Part shown: one piece after another, positions 27,508 to 37,466 of the stretch
Layout: each line of letters begins with the position of its first letter
Numbering within the stretch: position 1 is the first letter of the stretch
Assembly (NCBI GenBank): GCA_032128875.1
Contig: JAVLKG010000003.1
Location: 728,974-792,973, forward strand
Reading direction: 5' to 3'
DNA: 64,000 nt
Source: Candidatus Melainabacteria bacterium 17Bon1m
GTDB lineage: Bacteria; Cyanobacteriota; Vampirovibrionia; Obscuribacterales; Obscuribacteraceae
Made by a program: the position numbers and the translations under genes
Notes under the pieces: model-generated
The model's input: only the letters and a program-made list of their open reading frames with translations
Databases searched by the model: none
What the model was told of the DNA's origin: nothing

Positions 27508-29010
27508 TTGATAGGATGGAAAGAGCGTCTTCTTGGGAGCATTGGCATGCCGGAAGATTTCGTACCTTCAACGGAGATGGAGCGCGCTTATGTGCAGGCG
27601 CGAACGTGGCCTGCCGACAGGGCGTGGAAGCGTGCGTACACGCAGGTGGCCGAACGTAAGTTAGCCCTTGGCACGGGGATGTACCTTTGCTTGTTGGACT
27701 ATTACGCTCGCCGCGACGGCATTAAGGAGCTGTTCGAAACATGCGAATGGATTTTGATGCGCATGGAAAGTCTGCGCCCGGAGGAACGCCTGAGTGTTTG
27801 CAAGATAGTTTGCAGCATTGTGAAATCCCTGAAGGAAGATGAATTCGACGTCAAAGAAGCACGACTAAAACTTATTCTGCGAATTCCTCTTGCCGTCATC
27901 CTTGATGCCGTCGCAGAGCATCGACTTTCGTGCGCGCTTACAGCCCTTCTTGAGTTTTCCCGGGTGTTTGAAGAGTCTGTCACGCTCAAGCAATGTTCAG
28001 AAATCGAAGGCGATTTCTTGGGTGTTGCGTTGGCAATCGATAGAGCGATTCGTGCTGGCACTGTTCGCGACAAAGTCAGATCAGGAGAGCTGAAATCCCG
28101 CGCAGAATATGACAAAGAACGATTGGAAGCCATAAATACTGCGGATGTGATCAGAGACAAGCTAGAGAGAGAAGCAAAAGCTAGAGCTGAGGTGCGCGAG
28201 TTCGAAGACGATCTCAAGAAAAAGTTAGAGCAACAGCCTGAGCTTTGGTCTCAGCAATCTGAGAATCCTGCTGGAGATACCGAAGGGAATTGTGATCCCG
28301 CGATGCCGTCTATGCCAGATCTTGCAATGCCGCTTCTACCGCCTGGCGAGTTGCCCACGCTCAAAGTAGAAGATAAGAATCCAACCTATGCCGTAGGACA
28401 GAAGCCGCCGCAAAGTGTTCAGACTTCGGTCGATAAATTAACCAGTGCCGAGTCTGACCTTGAAGCAAAGGTTGCGCTTTTTGGTCCTCGTTCTTCGCAA
28501 GTTGCTCATGCACTAGCCAACCTGATTGAGCTTAAAGCTGAAAACTTTCCCGCACTAAGTGTGGATGCGCAGATTGAGCAACTAAAGGACATTGCTCTGG
28601 ATAGCAGTGTGCAACTATCTCCGTACATAATGCGCAAGATCCTTTCTACCATTGGCAGCACGGATGAGAGACAACATCTTCTGTCTGTAATGGCGATCAT
28701 TGAAAAGTCGATTTTAATCCGGCGGGAAGAAAGCGTAGGGCTGGATGTTAGCCTAGGTATCTCTCTCTGGCGTTTGATTTGCTTGTGGAAGGCCACTAAC
28801 ACACTAGTCGAAGGGCATGCTTACTGTGACTTGTTGCTACAGAGACTAATGCGAACACGGGATCTCAATGATCCAGTTGTTCGGCAGGTGTCATCTGCAA
28901 CGGTTTTCCTGAGCAAGCAGATAAAGGTTGCAAAAAAGAGTGTTTTGAATCGACTGATGCAACTGTTCTCAGACAAGTTGATGAGTCGGCTGAGTTTGCC
29001 GCTATGCTGA
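27508..29010 (+). CDS. Hypothetical alpha-helical protein
   Basis: 500-aa ORF with helical segments and a central Pro-rich linker; start uncertain. Confidence 0.7.
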   Translation: MIGWKERLLGSIGMPEDFVPSTEMERAYVQARTWPADRAWKRAYTQVAERKLALGTGMYLCLLDYYARRDGIKELFETCEWILMRMESLRPEERLSVCKIVCSIVKSLKEDEFDVKEARLKLILRIPLAVILDAVAEHRLSCALTALLEFSRVFEESVTLKQCSEIEGDFLGVALAIDRAIRAGTVRDKVRSGELKSRAEYDKERLEAINTADVIRDKLEREAKARAEVREFEDDLKKKLEQQPELWSQQSENPAGDTEGNCDPAMPSMPDLAMPLLPPGELPTLKVEDKNPTYAVGQKPPQSVQTSVDKLTSAESDLEAKVALFGPRSSQVAHALANLIELKAENFPALSVDAQIEQLKDIALDSSVQLSPYIMRKILSTIGSTDERQHLLSVMAIIEKSILIRREESVGLDVSLGISLWRLICLWKATNTLVEGHAYCDLLLQRLMRTRDLNDPVVRQVSSATVFLSKQIKVAKKSVLNRLMQLFSDKLMSRLSLPLC

Positions 29011-29969
29011 CTGTCATTGCACTTGATGATTATCACGCAGGGCGATTGGAGTCAGTTAGACTTGTTTTGAATGAGCTACTTTGTTTCTACTCGGACAATA
29101 TCGGTGACAACAGTAGGCGAGTCGGAGAGATGCTTTGGCTAGCCCAGGAAACCTCGCTGAGTAAGATGCGCTTTTGCACTCTATCTCTAATTCAACATAG
29201 TCAGAAGGCAGCTAGAGATAAGTATTTGCAGTGGAAGTTGGGCGTTCATATGAAGCGTATTTTGGAGAAAACAAATGACATTGAAATTGTCAACGAACTG
29301 CTGGCGGCGCTGATCATTACTCGTCGTAACGAAAACATGTACGAGAGTTTTGATGACAGAATGCAGCAAATGAAGGAGGTTCTTTCTCTTCGAGGCTTTG
29401 TGAGGAGTTTTGAGAAAGAGGCAGAAGTAGAGCGTCTGCGGGAACACGAGGACGATGAAGGCAGCCCCAAACGTCTTCGCAAAGCTGAGTCTGCAAAATT
29501 GCTCTTGAAACTTGAAAAACTTGCAGAAAGGAAGGACTGGAAGGAGTTTGTCAGCGCATGGCGAAGAGTAGTAAACCTGCTTGTGCCAGGTGATTCAGTT
29601 TATCGGTTGGGGCAACTGGGTCTGCTCGCTGTAAATGATGATCAGCTCGACATTTGCGAGAGAATAGTAAAAGTGCTGGAAAAGCATGTTTCTCCCTCGT
29701 GTATCCATGTGACAAACTATTTGTCAGAAGAATGTGCAAGAAGATTTCTTCGTATGAAAAACTATGAGCGCGCGGCGCATCAAATTGAACGTGCTCTTTC
29801 AAACGAGCATCAGTTTGGTGACCTTTGCAATTGTCTCAGATTGCAGCTTGCGGAAATCTACGTCGCGCTTGGAAATTTATTCGAAGCAACAGTACTCATT
29901 TACGAGGCGTATTCCAATATTCCAGATAGTGATTATGGCGGTGCGAAGCAGATGCTGCTGAGTCGGTAG
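29004..29969 (+). CDS. Hypothetical protein with TPR-like C-terminus
   Basis: 321-aa ORF overlapping the previous stop by 7 bp; LQLAEIYVALGNLFEA is TPR-like. Confidence 0.65.
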   Translation: MLTVIALDDYHAGRLESVRLVLNELLCFYSDNIGDNSRRVGEMLWLAQETSLSKMRFCTLSLIQHSQKAARDKYLQWKLGVHMKRILEKTNDIEIVNELLAALIITRRNENMYESFDDRMQQMKEVLSLRGFVRSFEKEAEVERLREHEDDEGSPKRLRKAESAKLLLKLEKLAERKDWKEFVSAWRRVVNLLVPGDSVYRLGQLGLLAVNDDQLDICERIVKVLEKHVSPSCIHVTNYLSEECARRFLRMKNYERAAHQIERALSNEHQFGDLCNCLRLQLAEIYVALGNLFEATVLIYEAYSNIPDSDYGGAKQMLLSR

Positions 29970-30054
29970 CGTCCGGTGTTTTCAAAGTAGGTGTTCGGCT
30001 TACGCAGGTTCACTCCAGAAACCTGTAGGGTGACGCAATGCGTCGCCCCTTCTA

Positions 30055-31434
30055 TTACTGCTGACGTACAACGACTGGCGTATGAGTGCCGGAATGTGCG
30101 GTGCGCGGCTTGCGTCTGTCAATGTGTTCATTCTGTACTTTCGGCTGTCGTACAAAGAATGCGGCGGCTAAACCGAGAAGATACACGAGAGAAACGCAGG
30201 CTGCTGCTGTTCCATATGAGCCACCGAACATTGCGATTAACGGTCCAGTCATCAACGCAGCGAGTCCTGCGATCACTCTGCCAAAACTCCATGCGATACC
30301 GGATGCGGTGCCGCGGAGTTCTGTCGAGAATGCATCGACCACATAAATTTGTAACGCGATGAATGGAATATATGTCGCTACTCCCACTGCAAAGGCGCAA
30401 AAATTCACGGCTGGGCTGTAGGTTTTCACCATCATGAATGTTCCGACCGCAGCGATTAGCGAACCGATAAATCCAATTTTGAATACTGTGCTGTACCTGA
30501 AGCTGCTTACCATAAGTGGAAGCAATAATGCTCCAAGAAATCCACCGATACTCATGCTCAGCGTTGCTGTGCTTCGCTCAGCGACTGCTTCGTGCCCGGT
30601 CAGTTGGTTTATCCAAGCGGGCATCCACGACACACCCGCCCAGTATCCGACAATTGCTGATGTGGCGAGCAACGTGACGATAATCATTGAGTGGCGATTG
30701 CGTTTGTCGAATGCAAGCGCAAAAGGATTTGCCATAATGTCGCGCTCATGACGTTTCAACAGAATTTTTGGAACGCTCTGCAGGTCATATCTCTTCTTCT
30801 GCAATTCCTCAAAGCACTGCGGTTCTGAAATTTTGAAACGAATATAGAGCGTGACGAGAGCTGGAATGATGCCCACGGCAAAAAGATAACGCCAGCCAAG
30901 CTCGCCGGTTCCAAAATTGAACAGACCGCAAAGCATGCAGCCGACGCCAAACGATGTTCCAAGTGCCGCCATGGACCATGCGCGCTGTTTGCCCGGCCTG
31001 GATGTTTCACCAAGCATTACTGCGCCCAATGCTATTTCACCGCCGATGCCCAGCCCCACAGCAAATCGGCAAAGGGCTAATTGCCAGGTGGTCTGCACGA
31101 GCGCACAGAGTCCGCATGCGACTGCATAAAGCAAAATTGTCAGGCAGAGTGTGTTCTTCCGCCCGAGCTTGTCTGCAACATAACCAAAGACGACGCTGCC
31201 TATCGCCCATCCGAGCATAAAGCAGAACAAAATTGATGAGCCATGCCAGCCGATTTGGACAGCATCTTTGGTCGCCAGCAGTTGGCTGACAGCCGGATAC
31301 ATGGCAATAAAGTAGATAGTTGCATCCATAGCATCGAAGCATTCTCCGAGCCAGGTGGCTAACAATGTCGGGAAATAGGTGCCGCGTGTTTTGACCAATA
31401 GGACGCCGTGGTCTAGCAGATTGCTTGACGCCAT
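30055..31434 (-). CDS. MFS transporter (aromatic acid / sialate-type subfamily)
   Basis: GYVADKLGRK (motif A), RFAVGLGIGGE, WRYLF and F.TELRGTA; ATG 31434 follows GGAGAG. Confidence 0.93.
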   Translation of the reverse strand: MASSNLLDHGVLLVKTRGTYFPTLLATWLGECFDAMDATIYFIAMYPAVSQLLATKDAVQIGWHGSSILFCFMLGWAIGSVVFGYVADKLGRKNTLCLTILLYAVACGLCALVQTTWQLALCRFAVGLGIGGEIALGAVMLGETSRPGKQRAWSMAALGTSFGVGCMLCGLFNFGTGELGWRYLFAVGIIPALVTLYIRFKISEPQCFEELQKKRYDLQSVPKILLKRHERDIMANPFALAFDKRNRHSMIIVTLLATSAIVGYWAGVSWMPAWINQLTGHEAVAERSTATLSMSIGGFLGALLLPLMVSSFRYSTVFKIGFIGSLIAAVGTFMMVKTYSPAVNFCAFAVGVATYIPFIALQIYVVDAFSTELRGTASGIAWSFGRVIAGLAALMTGPLIAMFGGSYGTAAACVSLVYLLGLAAAFFVRQPKVQNEHIDRRKPRTAHSGTHTPVVVRQQ

Positions 31435-31716
31435 ATGTTCTCTCCAACTTTTCCTCGCTCCAACAAGGTAGCCAAGAGACCGCTTGGCGTCCACCCGGTT
31501 ATCCGCACCCTTTATTAATTGTCAAGCGTTAATTGGATACGCTCGGCAACAAAAATCTCGAAAGCCAAATTGCAAGCGAGTTGGGAGGTTTGGGCTCCGA
31601 GGGCTCTGAGATTACTCACTGCTTATTGAAAGAAGAAGTAGTCAGGGATGCTCATTTGGGCTGTTCGCCATATAATCTAATTGTTAGCGCGCGAGCAATA
31701 TTTAGGAGTTTCTTCG

Positions 31717-31872
31717 ATGAGTGCACCCGGACATAAAGACCCTGCCCAAGGGTGGCTGACTTTCTTCTTTGTTTGCTTCGCGATCGTCGTCTTCGGGATC
31801 GGCGTATTCGCCAAGTTTACCTATGACGTCAATGCGCCCGAAGCCACCACGTCAGCTGGTGGCGGTCACTAA
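31717..31872 (+). CDS. Small single-pass membrane protein (51 aa)
   Basis: AGGAG RBS 8 nt before ATG 31717; one hydrophobic helix. Confidence 0.7.
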   Translation: MSAPGHKDPAQGWLTFFFVCFAIVVFGIGVFAKFTYDVNAPEATTSAGGGH

Positions 31873-31907
31873 GCCGTTCGCTTTTCAAACTTTTCAGGCT
31901 CTTCCAG

Positions 31908-33923
31908 CTAAAACATCACGACACGTGTGGTTGGAAGAGTCTTTTGTACTTCGTTCTGCTGGGTAGCATCGACCGAGCCTCTGGAGAGAACAAGGCTTTC
32001 CAGTCGACGCAGACTGCCGAGACTGCGAATCGCTGCGCGCGACAGGCGGCAGTCCTGAAGATCTAGGTGTCGCAGATGCACTGCATTGGCGAGCGCATCT
32101 ATCAACTGTTTATCTATAGACGGATACATTTGCACGCCCAATGATTCAAGATTTGGGATAGACGCGATCTTTTGATAGTCAGCCTTTGTCAGTTCGCAAT
32201 TGCGGATGCTCAATTTACGCAGCTTCTTGGATTTTGTGAGCGCGTCGAGAATCTGTTCTACGTAAGGCATTTCTCCCAGCTTGAGCACTTCCACTTGCTG
32301 GAGAAGCGGTGAGCCGCTCAACTCTGAAGGCGGCAGTGTTGTCGACATGAAGGCAAGCGACCTGAGTTTTGTCAATTTCCCCAGGGCTTTGAGGTCGTGC
32401 TTGTTGAAATGAACGTTTTCAAAAGAGAGTTCATCCAGCTGTTCAAAACGTGCAAGATCTTGCAGTGCATTCTTGAACTGATCTCCGCAACTGTCAAACC
32501 TGATTGCCTTTAGCTCGTCATTGCCAAATCGCATAAACGCTGCCGGACACGACTCGAAAATCATAGGAGCAGGTCTGAATTTCCATGGTCCGTACCAGGG
32601 GACTGTTTTTTCTCCCCGTGCTTCTATTGCGTTTGATTTCGAATCGACGAGCATACCAATGCGGGTGCTCGGAAATTCATACTTCCGAATCACCTGTCCT
32701 TCCTCCATATGAGTGGACCTGAAGAAAGGCTCCGTGGACGTATCTGGCGGCGATGTAAGTCGCCGTTCTTCTATCGTTTCTACGAAGGGCGACGCATGGA
32801 AGCGCGTGGAGTCGCTGACATATTCGGCGCGCTGGATGTGATGCGGGGTTTGGTTGACCTGCATGGTTGAAAAAATCGCTATGCCAAGACCGAAAAAAAG
32901 CACTGTTGCCACAATCGCAAACATCTTCAGGAAATCATTGTCAGATTTCCCCCTGGATTTTGGCTTGATTCGCAACTGCGAACTCAGCTTTAGTCGCATC
33001 AAATTTTCTGCGACCTGGCTTGCCGATGTATAGCGCTGTTGCGGGTCTTTCGCCAACATGGTCAACACAATATCCTGCAGCGCCTCGGGAAAATCTCTGC
33101 CAAGCGAAGCTTCCTTAAGTGACGGAATCGCCCCGGACGTGTGTAGTTGCTTAGCCTCCTCCAACGTCGAGCAGGGAAACGGCGGGCGCGCTGTGATCGC
33201 TTCGAATAGCGCGCAGCCCATCGAGTATATGTCGCTCTTCTGATCTGTTTTCTTTGGAGTAAACTGCTCGGGGCTAACGTACTGAGGATTTACGTTGGAA
33301 CGAATGAATTTTGCTTGCGGTTTGCGCCCCCCTTCGCTCAATTTGCCGGTCGCAAAATCCAACAGCTTGCAGCTCCAATTTCCCTGCTCGCCGACCAGCA
33401 AAATATTGCTTGGTTTGACATTGCGATGAACAATGCCCTTCTCATGGGCATCTTGGAGTGCCCAGGCAAGGGAAAGAAAAACGCCGAAAACGTCGTCGTA
33501 TGTAAGTCGACCGCACCGCTGCAAGTAGTCGGCTAGCGATTTACCTTCGGTGTATTCGCTGACATAGAACGGCTGTTCGCCTTCGTGGACACCGTAATCT
33601 GCTAGTTTGGCAGTATTTGGATGGTCAAGGAGTGAGACAGCTTTTGCATCGTCTTGAAAGCGCTGTATTTGGCTATCGCTAAATTCGGGTTCAAATAATT
33701 TGAGCGTAAACACTTTCTGCTTAGTTGTATGCTCGACCTTGTAAACGACGGCAAGCTCGCTTTTGCCGAGCGTCGATATTACTTTGTATTTGTCGTCGAT
33801 AAGAGTCCCTGGTTCGAGCGCATCCAATTCCGGAACCTCAACGAGTTCGTCTGAATTAGAGTCTCGAAATAGCTTCGGCTCCGTCGATTTAGCAAGTTTT
33901 TTCTGCGGGGTTCCTTCGGGCAC
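31908..33923 (-). CDS. Transmembrane Ser/Thr pseudokinase with C-terminal leucine-rich repeats
   Basis: Hanks kinase fold but with LGKSELAVV (no glycine loop), HRNVKPSN and DFA; TM helix; LxxLxxLxL repeats. Confidence 0.88.
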   Translation of the reverse strand: MPEGTPQKKLAKSTEPKLFRDSNSDELVEVPELDALEPGTLIDDKYKVISTLGKSELAVVYKVEHTTKQKVFTLKLFEPEFSDSQIQRFQDDAKAVSLLDHPNTAKLADYGVHEGEQPFYVSEYTEGKSLADYLQRCGRLTYDDVFGVFLSLAWALQDAHEKGIVHRNVKPSNILLVGEQGNWSCKLLDFATGKLSEGGRKPQAKFIRSNVNPQYVSPEQFTPKKTDQKSDIYSMGCALFEAITARPPFPCSTLEEAKQLHTSGAIPSLKEASLGRDFPEALQDIVLTMLAKDPQQRYTSASQVAENLMRLKLSSQLRIKPKSRGKSDNDFLKMFAIVATVLFFGLGIAIFSTMQVNQTPHHIQRAEYVSDSTRFHASPFVETIEERRLTSPPDTSTEPFFRSTHMEEGQVIRKYEFPSTRIGMLVDSKSNAIEARGEKTVPWYGPWKFRPAPMIFESCPAAFMRFGNDELKAIRFDSCGDQFKNALQDLARFEQLDELSFENVHFNKHDLKALGKLTKLRSLAFMSTTLPPSELSGSPLLQQVEVLKLGEMPYVEQILDALTKSKKLRKLSIRNCELTKADYQKIASIPNLESLGVQMYPSIDKQLIDALANAVHLRHLDLQDCRLSRAAIRSLGSLRRLESLVLSRGSVDATQQNEVQKTLPTTRVVMF

Positions 33924-33996
33924 GACGAACTCCTGACGCCAATACGACTATTGTAGGAGCTTGGCAGGCAACCGCCAAGGACGCTTTGCTCATCGA

Positions 33997-34088
33997 CTAA
34001 TCCGAAAACCACAGGTTGTTTATTTGAAAACCACGTGATTGTTTATTTGAACACCACGCGAAACTTTATCTGAATACGACTCGACAGT
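33997..34088 (-). repeat. Four 23-bp tandem units comprising the kinase gene's 3' end and three variant copies
   Basis: Minus strand: ACTGTCGAGTCGTATTCAGATAA | AGTTTCGCGTGGTGTTCAAATAA | ACAATCACGTGGTTTTCAAATAA | ACAACCTGTGGTTTTCGGATTAG. Confidence 0.85.
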
Positions 34089-36132
34089 TCGGTAGCGAAT
34101 CGACAATGAATTTGCGGTCTGCCGCTGAGAACTTATGACCTGTCAAAATGAGCGTCTTCAGATTTTGCATTTTTACCAATGCAGGGTAAGTTTCTGCGCG
34201 CAAAAAACAATGCTGAAGATCTATCCACTCTAATGTTTTTGAATGGGATAAACCGTTAAACGCATCAGGTCCCATTTCTGGTGAGTCGATTTCTATCCTT
34301 GCCAGTTTTGGAAGCTGGGCTAGCTTCTCGTACTCTTTCTCGGACATAACGCAAAATCTGAATTTCAAACTATCCAAATCCCCGCCCTGAAGAGCGTCGA
34401 GTAAGTTTGCCATTTTCGGCATTTGCCCAATGGACAATTTCCGTAGCCTTTTCAAACCCTTATACTTTGCCAAACCGGCCGCAGTCACGTCAGTAGTTAC
34501 GACTGAAAGTGATCGAAGGTGCGGCAGTGGGTCTAAATATCTAATCCCTGCGTCATTGAAGTCTGAATCTTCAAACGAAAGTTCTTCCAAAAATTTATAC
34601 GAACGCAAGTGCATTAGTGCGTCGTACTGGCACTCTGTTTCACGCGCAAAAAGTATCGACGCTATTTCATCATCTTTAAATTTATCGAATAAGCCAGGAT
34701 AGGCACTAACAACATCTTTTGTGGGTTTGAAAACCATGGGTCCTCGCCAGGGAATTTCAACGAGCCCTTTGGCGTCGTATGTCTGTTCGCTATCGCGATT
34801 TTGCAGTGCTCCGATCGACTTCTTTGGAAAATTGAAAATCCTGATGGTTTTTCCTTTTTCTTCTTTTACCCTCGTGCAAAACGGCTTTGATGTGTCTAGC
34901 TCGAGCGGTGGTGGTTCTTCCATGCCGTAAAGACCTTTCTCCGCAATTATCGAAGAACGATCACCTCTGAATCCTTCTACGGTGCTCGCTAATTCCGGCA
35001 CTTTAGCAACGCGACTTTCGTCTTGCAGCAGTATCCAGAAATAGATCGCAAAGCCTGTTGCAATCAGAGCGATAGTGCCAAGAATGTAATTTGCAAGAGT
35101 CGGACCATTCTTATTCTGCTCAAACATCTTCTCATCGTGCGCGGAGATCATTAGCTGAGCTCCTTGCTTCAGGCGTATCAGATTTCCGGCAACTTGCCTT
35201 GCTGAAGCGAAACGTTGATCAGGCTTTTTGGCTAGCATCGAGTGAACGATTCGCTCTAAATCAGCGGGAAACTCTTGCCCCATCGTCGCTTCTTTAAGAG
35301 TTTGAGGTTCTTGGTTGAGGTGCATGCCGATTGTTTCGATCGCCGATGCTCCAGGGAAAGGAGGTCCACCGGTGATTGCTTCGAACATCGTGCAACCAAG
35401 CGAGTAAATGTCACTGCGTCGATCGACTTTGCCGGCGCTGCATTGCTCGGGGCTCATGTATAGAGGGCTTCCGACGATTTCCCCGGTTTGTGTGAGAGCG
35501 GTTTTTTCATCGATGAGTTTTGCAATTCCAAAATCCAAAAGCTTTGGTTGCCACTGTCCCTGTTTTCCCACTAGCATGATGTTGCTGGGTTTGACGTCTC
35601 GATGCACAATCCCTTCTTCATGAGCGTCTTGCAGTCCCATGCATAACGGAATAAACACGGTAAAAATTTCTTCGTAAGATAATGGTCCATTTTTCTTCAG
35701 GTGCTCTTCGAGGCTAATTCCCTCGACAAGTTCCATCACGAAATATGGCGTGGAAAAATCAATCACGCCGAAATCGCTCACTCTGACAATGTTTGGATGA
35801 TCTAGCTTTGAAGTCGCTTTGGCTTCTGTTTGAAATCGCCGCGCTTGGTTTTCGTTGAAATTACCACCAAAGGTTTTTAGCGCAAATTCTTTCTTGAGGA
35901 AAATCTGCTCGACTTTGTAGACAGCACCCATGCCACCTTTGCCGATAAGCGAGATAACACGGTACTTTGTGTCGATTATGGTGCCTGGTGCAAAGACAGA
36001 TGCTTCTGTTTGCTTTGTGCCAAAAAGCGTTATTTCTTCATGCGTAGGACTTTTGTCTGCAAGCTGATTTTCCGCTTGCAGTACAGGTATTTCCGAACTT
36101 TCGCTCGTGGTCTGGGGATTCTGTTCGGACAC
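34066..36132 (-). CDS. Transmembrane Ser/Thr protein kinase with C-terminal leucine-rich repeats
   Basis: GKGGMGAV, ALK, HRDVKPSN, DFG and YMSPE all intact; TM helix; LRRs. Confidence 0.95.
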   Translation of the reverse strand: MSEQNPQTTSESSEIPVLQAENQLADKSPTHEEITLFGTKQTEASVFAPGTIIDTKYRVISLIGKGGMGAVYKVEQIFLKKEFALKTFGGNFNENQARRFQTEAKATSKLDHPNIVRVSDFGVIDFSTPYFVMELVEGISLEEHLKKNGPLSYEEIFTVFIPLCMGLQDAHEEGIVHRDVKPSNIMLVGKQGQWQPKLLDFGIAKLIDEKTALTQTGEIVGSPLYMSPEQCSAGKVDRRSDIYSLGCTMFEAITGGPPFPGASAIETIGMHLNQEPQTLKEATMGQEFPADLERIVHSMLAKKPDQRFASARQVAGNLIRLKQGAQLMISAHDEKMFEQNKNGPTLANYILGTIALIATGFAIYFWILLQDESRVAKVPELASTVEGFRGDRSSIIAEKGLYGMEEPPPLELDTSKPFCTRVKEEKGKTIRIFNFPKKSIGALQNRDSEQTYDAKGLVEIPWRGPMVFKPTKDVVSAYPGLFDKFKDDEIASILFARETECQYDALMHLRSYKFLEELSFEDSDFNDAGIRYLDPLPHLRSLSVVTTDVTAAGLAKYKGLKRLRKLSIGQMPKMANLLDALQGGDLDSLKFRFCVMSEKEYEKLAQLPKLARIEIDSPEMGPDAFNGLSHSKTLEWIDLQHCFLRAETYPALVKMQNLKTLILTGHKFSAADRKFIVDSLPNCRVVFR

Positions 36133-36138
36133 TTCGTA

Positions 36139-37263
36139 TTACTGAACTACACGACCGCCTACATCTTCGAGGCTCTTTTTCAGAATCGCTACGCGATCCT
36201 TGCCTGACGGGCTGTGGTCTTCGATCCAATCGCCGAGAGCATCAATCGATGTCGCACGCACAAACGATGTTTCAAGCTGAAGGTGTCCTTGCTTTCCTCG
36301 CCAGCAGAGAGTTTGATCGTCCGACGGAACATTCATCATGAAGTCTGTGACGTGCACCGGTGCTACGCATCCATCGACGCTACCCTGGATGATGAGGAGA
36401 GGCAGGTGCGGTCCGAGCAATTTTCCAAGCTTGGCTGTTTTATCAACAAAATCGTCTGTGGCGAGCAAATCTTTGAGACCTAGCTCTGTGACCATGAGCG
36501 GGTCGCTCAGCAATTCGTCCACAACTTCTTTGCGCGGACATACCAGCTTAGTGAGGAAGCCATGCAATTTGACCTTGTGGTTTTTGGTGACCAGCGACGC
36601 CAACCCTGCCGTTATGTCACTTGGTGAAAGGTACATCTTCGGGTTCACCTTGATCGCCGGTGCGGACAAAACTAGTCCGTCTACCAGGTCACTATGCTCT
36701 CCGGCAATTTTGACGCAGAAAGTGCAGCCAAGACTTTCGCCGAGCAAAATGATCGGCTTTCCTGCGTATTTTGTGCGCGCAGCTTGTACGATTTTGACGA
36801 TATCTTCGTTGCTTTTGTTGTGCGCGACCTTGTGATGGTCGTCGCCGGGCGGGCTAAACTGATTTCCGTTGTCGTAGTGGCAGCGCCCGAATCCGCGCAT
36901 GTCCATGGCGATGAAACCAATGCCGCTGACCGCCATTGTGCGGGCGAGAACTCTGTATCGACGTCCGTGAAGCGTCAAGCCGTGAATGCCGATGATGATG
37001 GCTTCAGGCTCTTTGTCTGCAGGCATCCATTCATAGGTCGGCAGACCCGAAATCTTGGTGAATTCGCCGTCTTCTGAATACTTGAATTTTGCGAGGATAT
37101 CTCTGCTGACGGCATCCTCTGTCTGGGTGGGAATTGTGAATTCCGCGGCATTGGCAGTGCCCGAGAATTGCACCGTTGGTATGGCGAAAAGGCTCAAAAG
37201 AGCTGCTGTGACTGCCTTTACCCTGGATTTCGCGCCTGTTCTGTTCATCATTAATCCGTCCAT
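36139..37263 (-). CDS. Exported alpha/beta hydrolase (lysophospholipase / monoglyceride lipase-like)
   Basis: Signal peptide, IHG, DMRGFG, nucleophile elbow GESLG, QGSVD and GH. Confidence 0.9.
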   Translation of the reverse strand: MDGLMMNRTGAKSRVKAVTAALLSLFAIPTVQFSGTANAAEFTIPTQTEDAVSRDILAKFKYSEDGEFTKISGLPTYEWMPADKEPEAIIIGIHGLTLHGRRYRVLARTMAVSGIGFIAMDMRGFGRCHYDNGNQFSPPGDDHHKVAHNKSNEDIVKIVQAARTKYAGKPIILLGESLGCTFCVKIAGEHSDLVDGLVLSAPAIKVNPKMYLSPSDITAGLASLVTKNHKVKLHGFLTKLVCPRKEVVDELLSDPLMVTELGLKDLLATDDFVDKTAKLGKLLGPHLPLLIIQGSVDGCVAPVHVTDFMMNVPSDDQTLCWRGKQGHLQLETSFVRATSIDALGDWIEDHSPSGKDRVAILKKSLEDVGGRVVQ

Positions 37264-37466
37264 TAACTGACCGCGGGCCCCAAGTGCCCGGCTCTTTCCA
37301 GCCCCACCGCGTTAGCGTAGCGTGTTTTAACCTGATCATGATTAAACAGAGTTTTGAAAAACTGCGCCAGTGTTGGCAAAAGGCTAAATCATTTGGTGCT
37401 TGATAACGTCCTCCTATTTAGGTTGGGTATAGTTGAGCCATCAGTTTCTAAACCAGGAGCCCAAAT

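Noticed and set aside
31435-31530. Riboswitch upstream of the MFS transporter
   Set aside because: Only a single short hairpin (GCCAAG/CTTGGC) is present, with no recognisable aptamer consensus.
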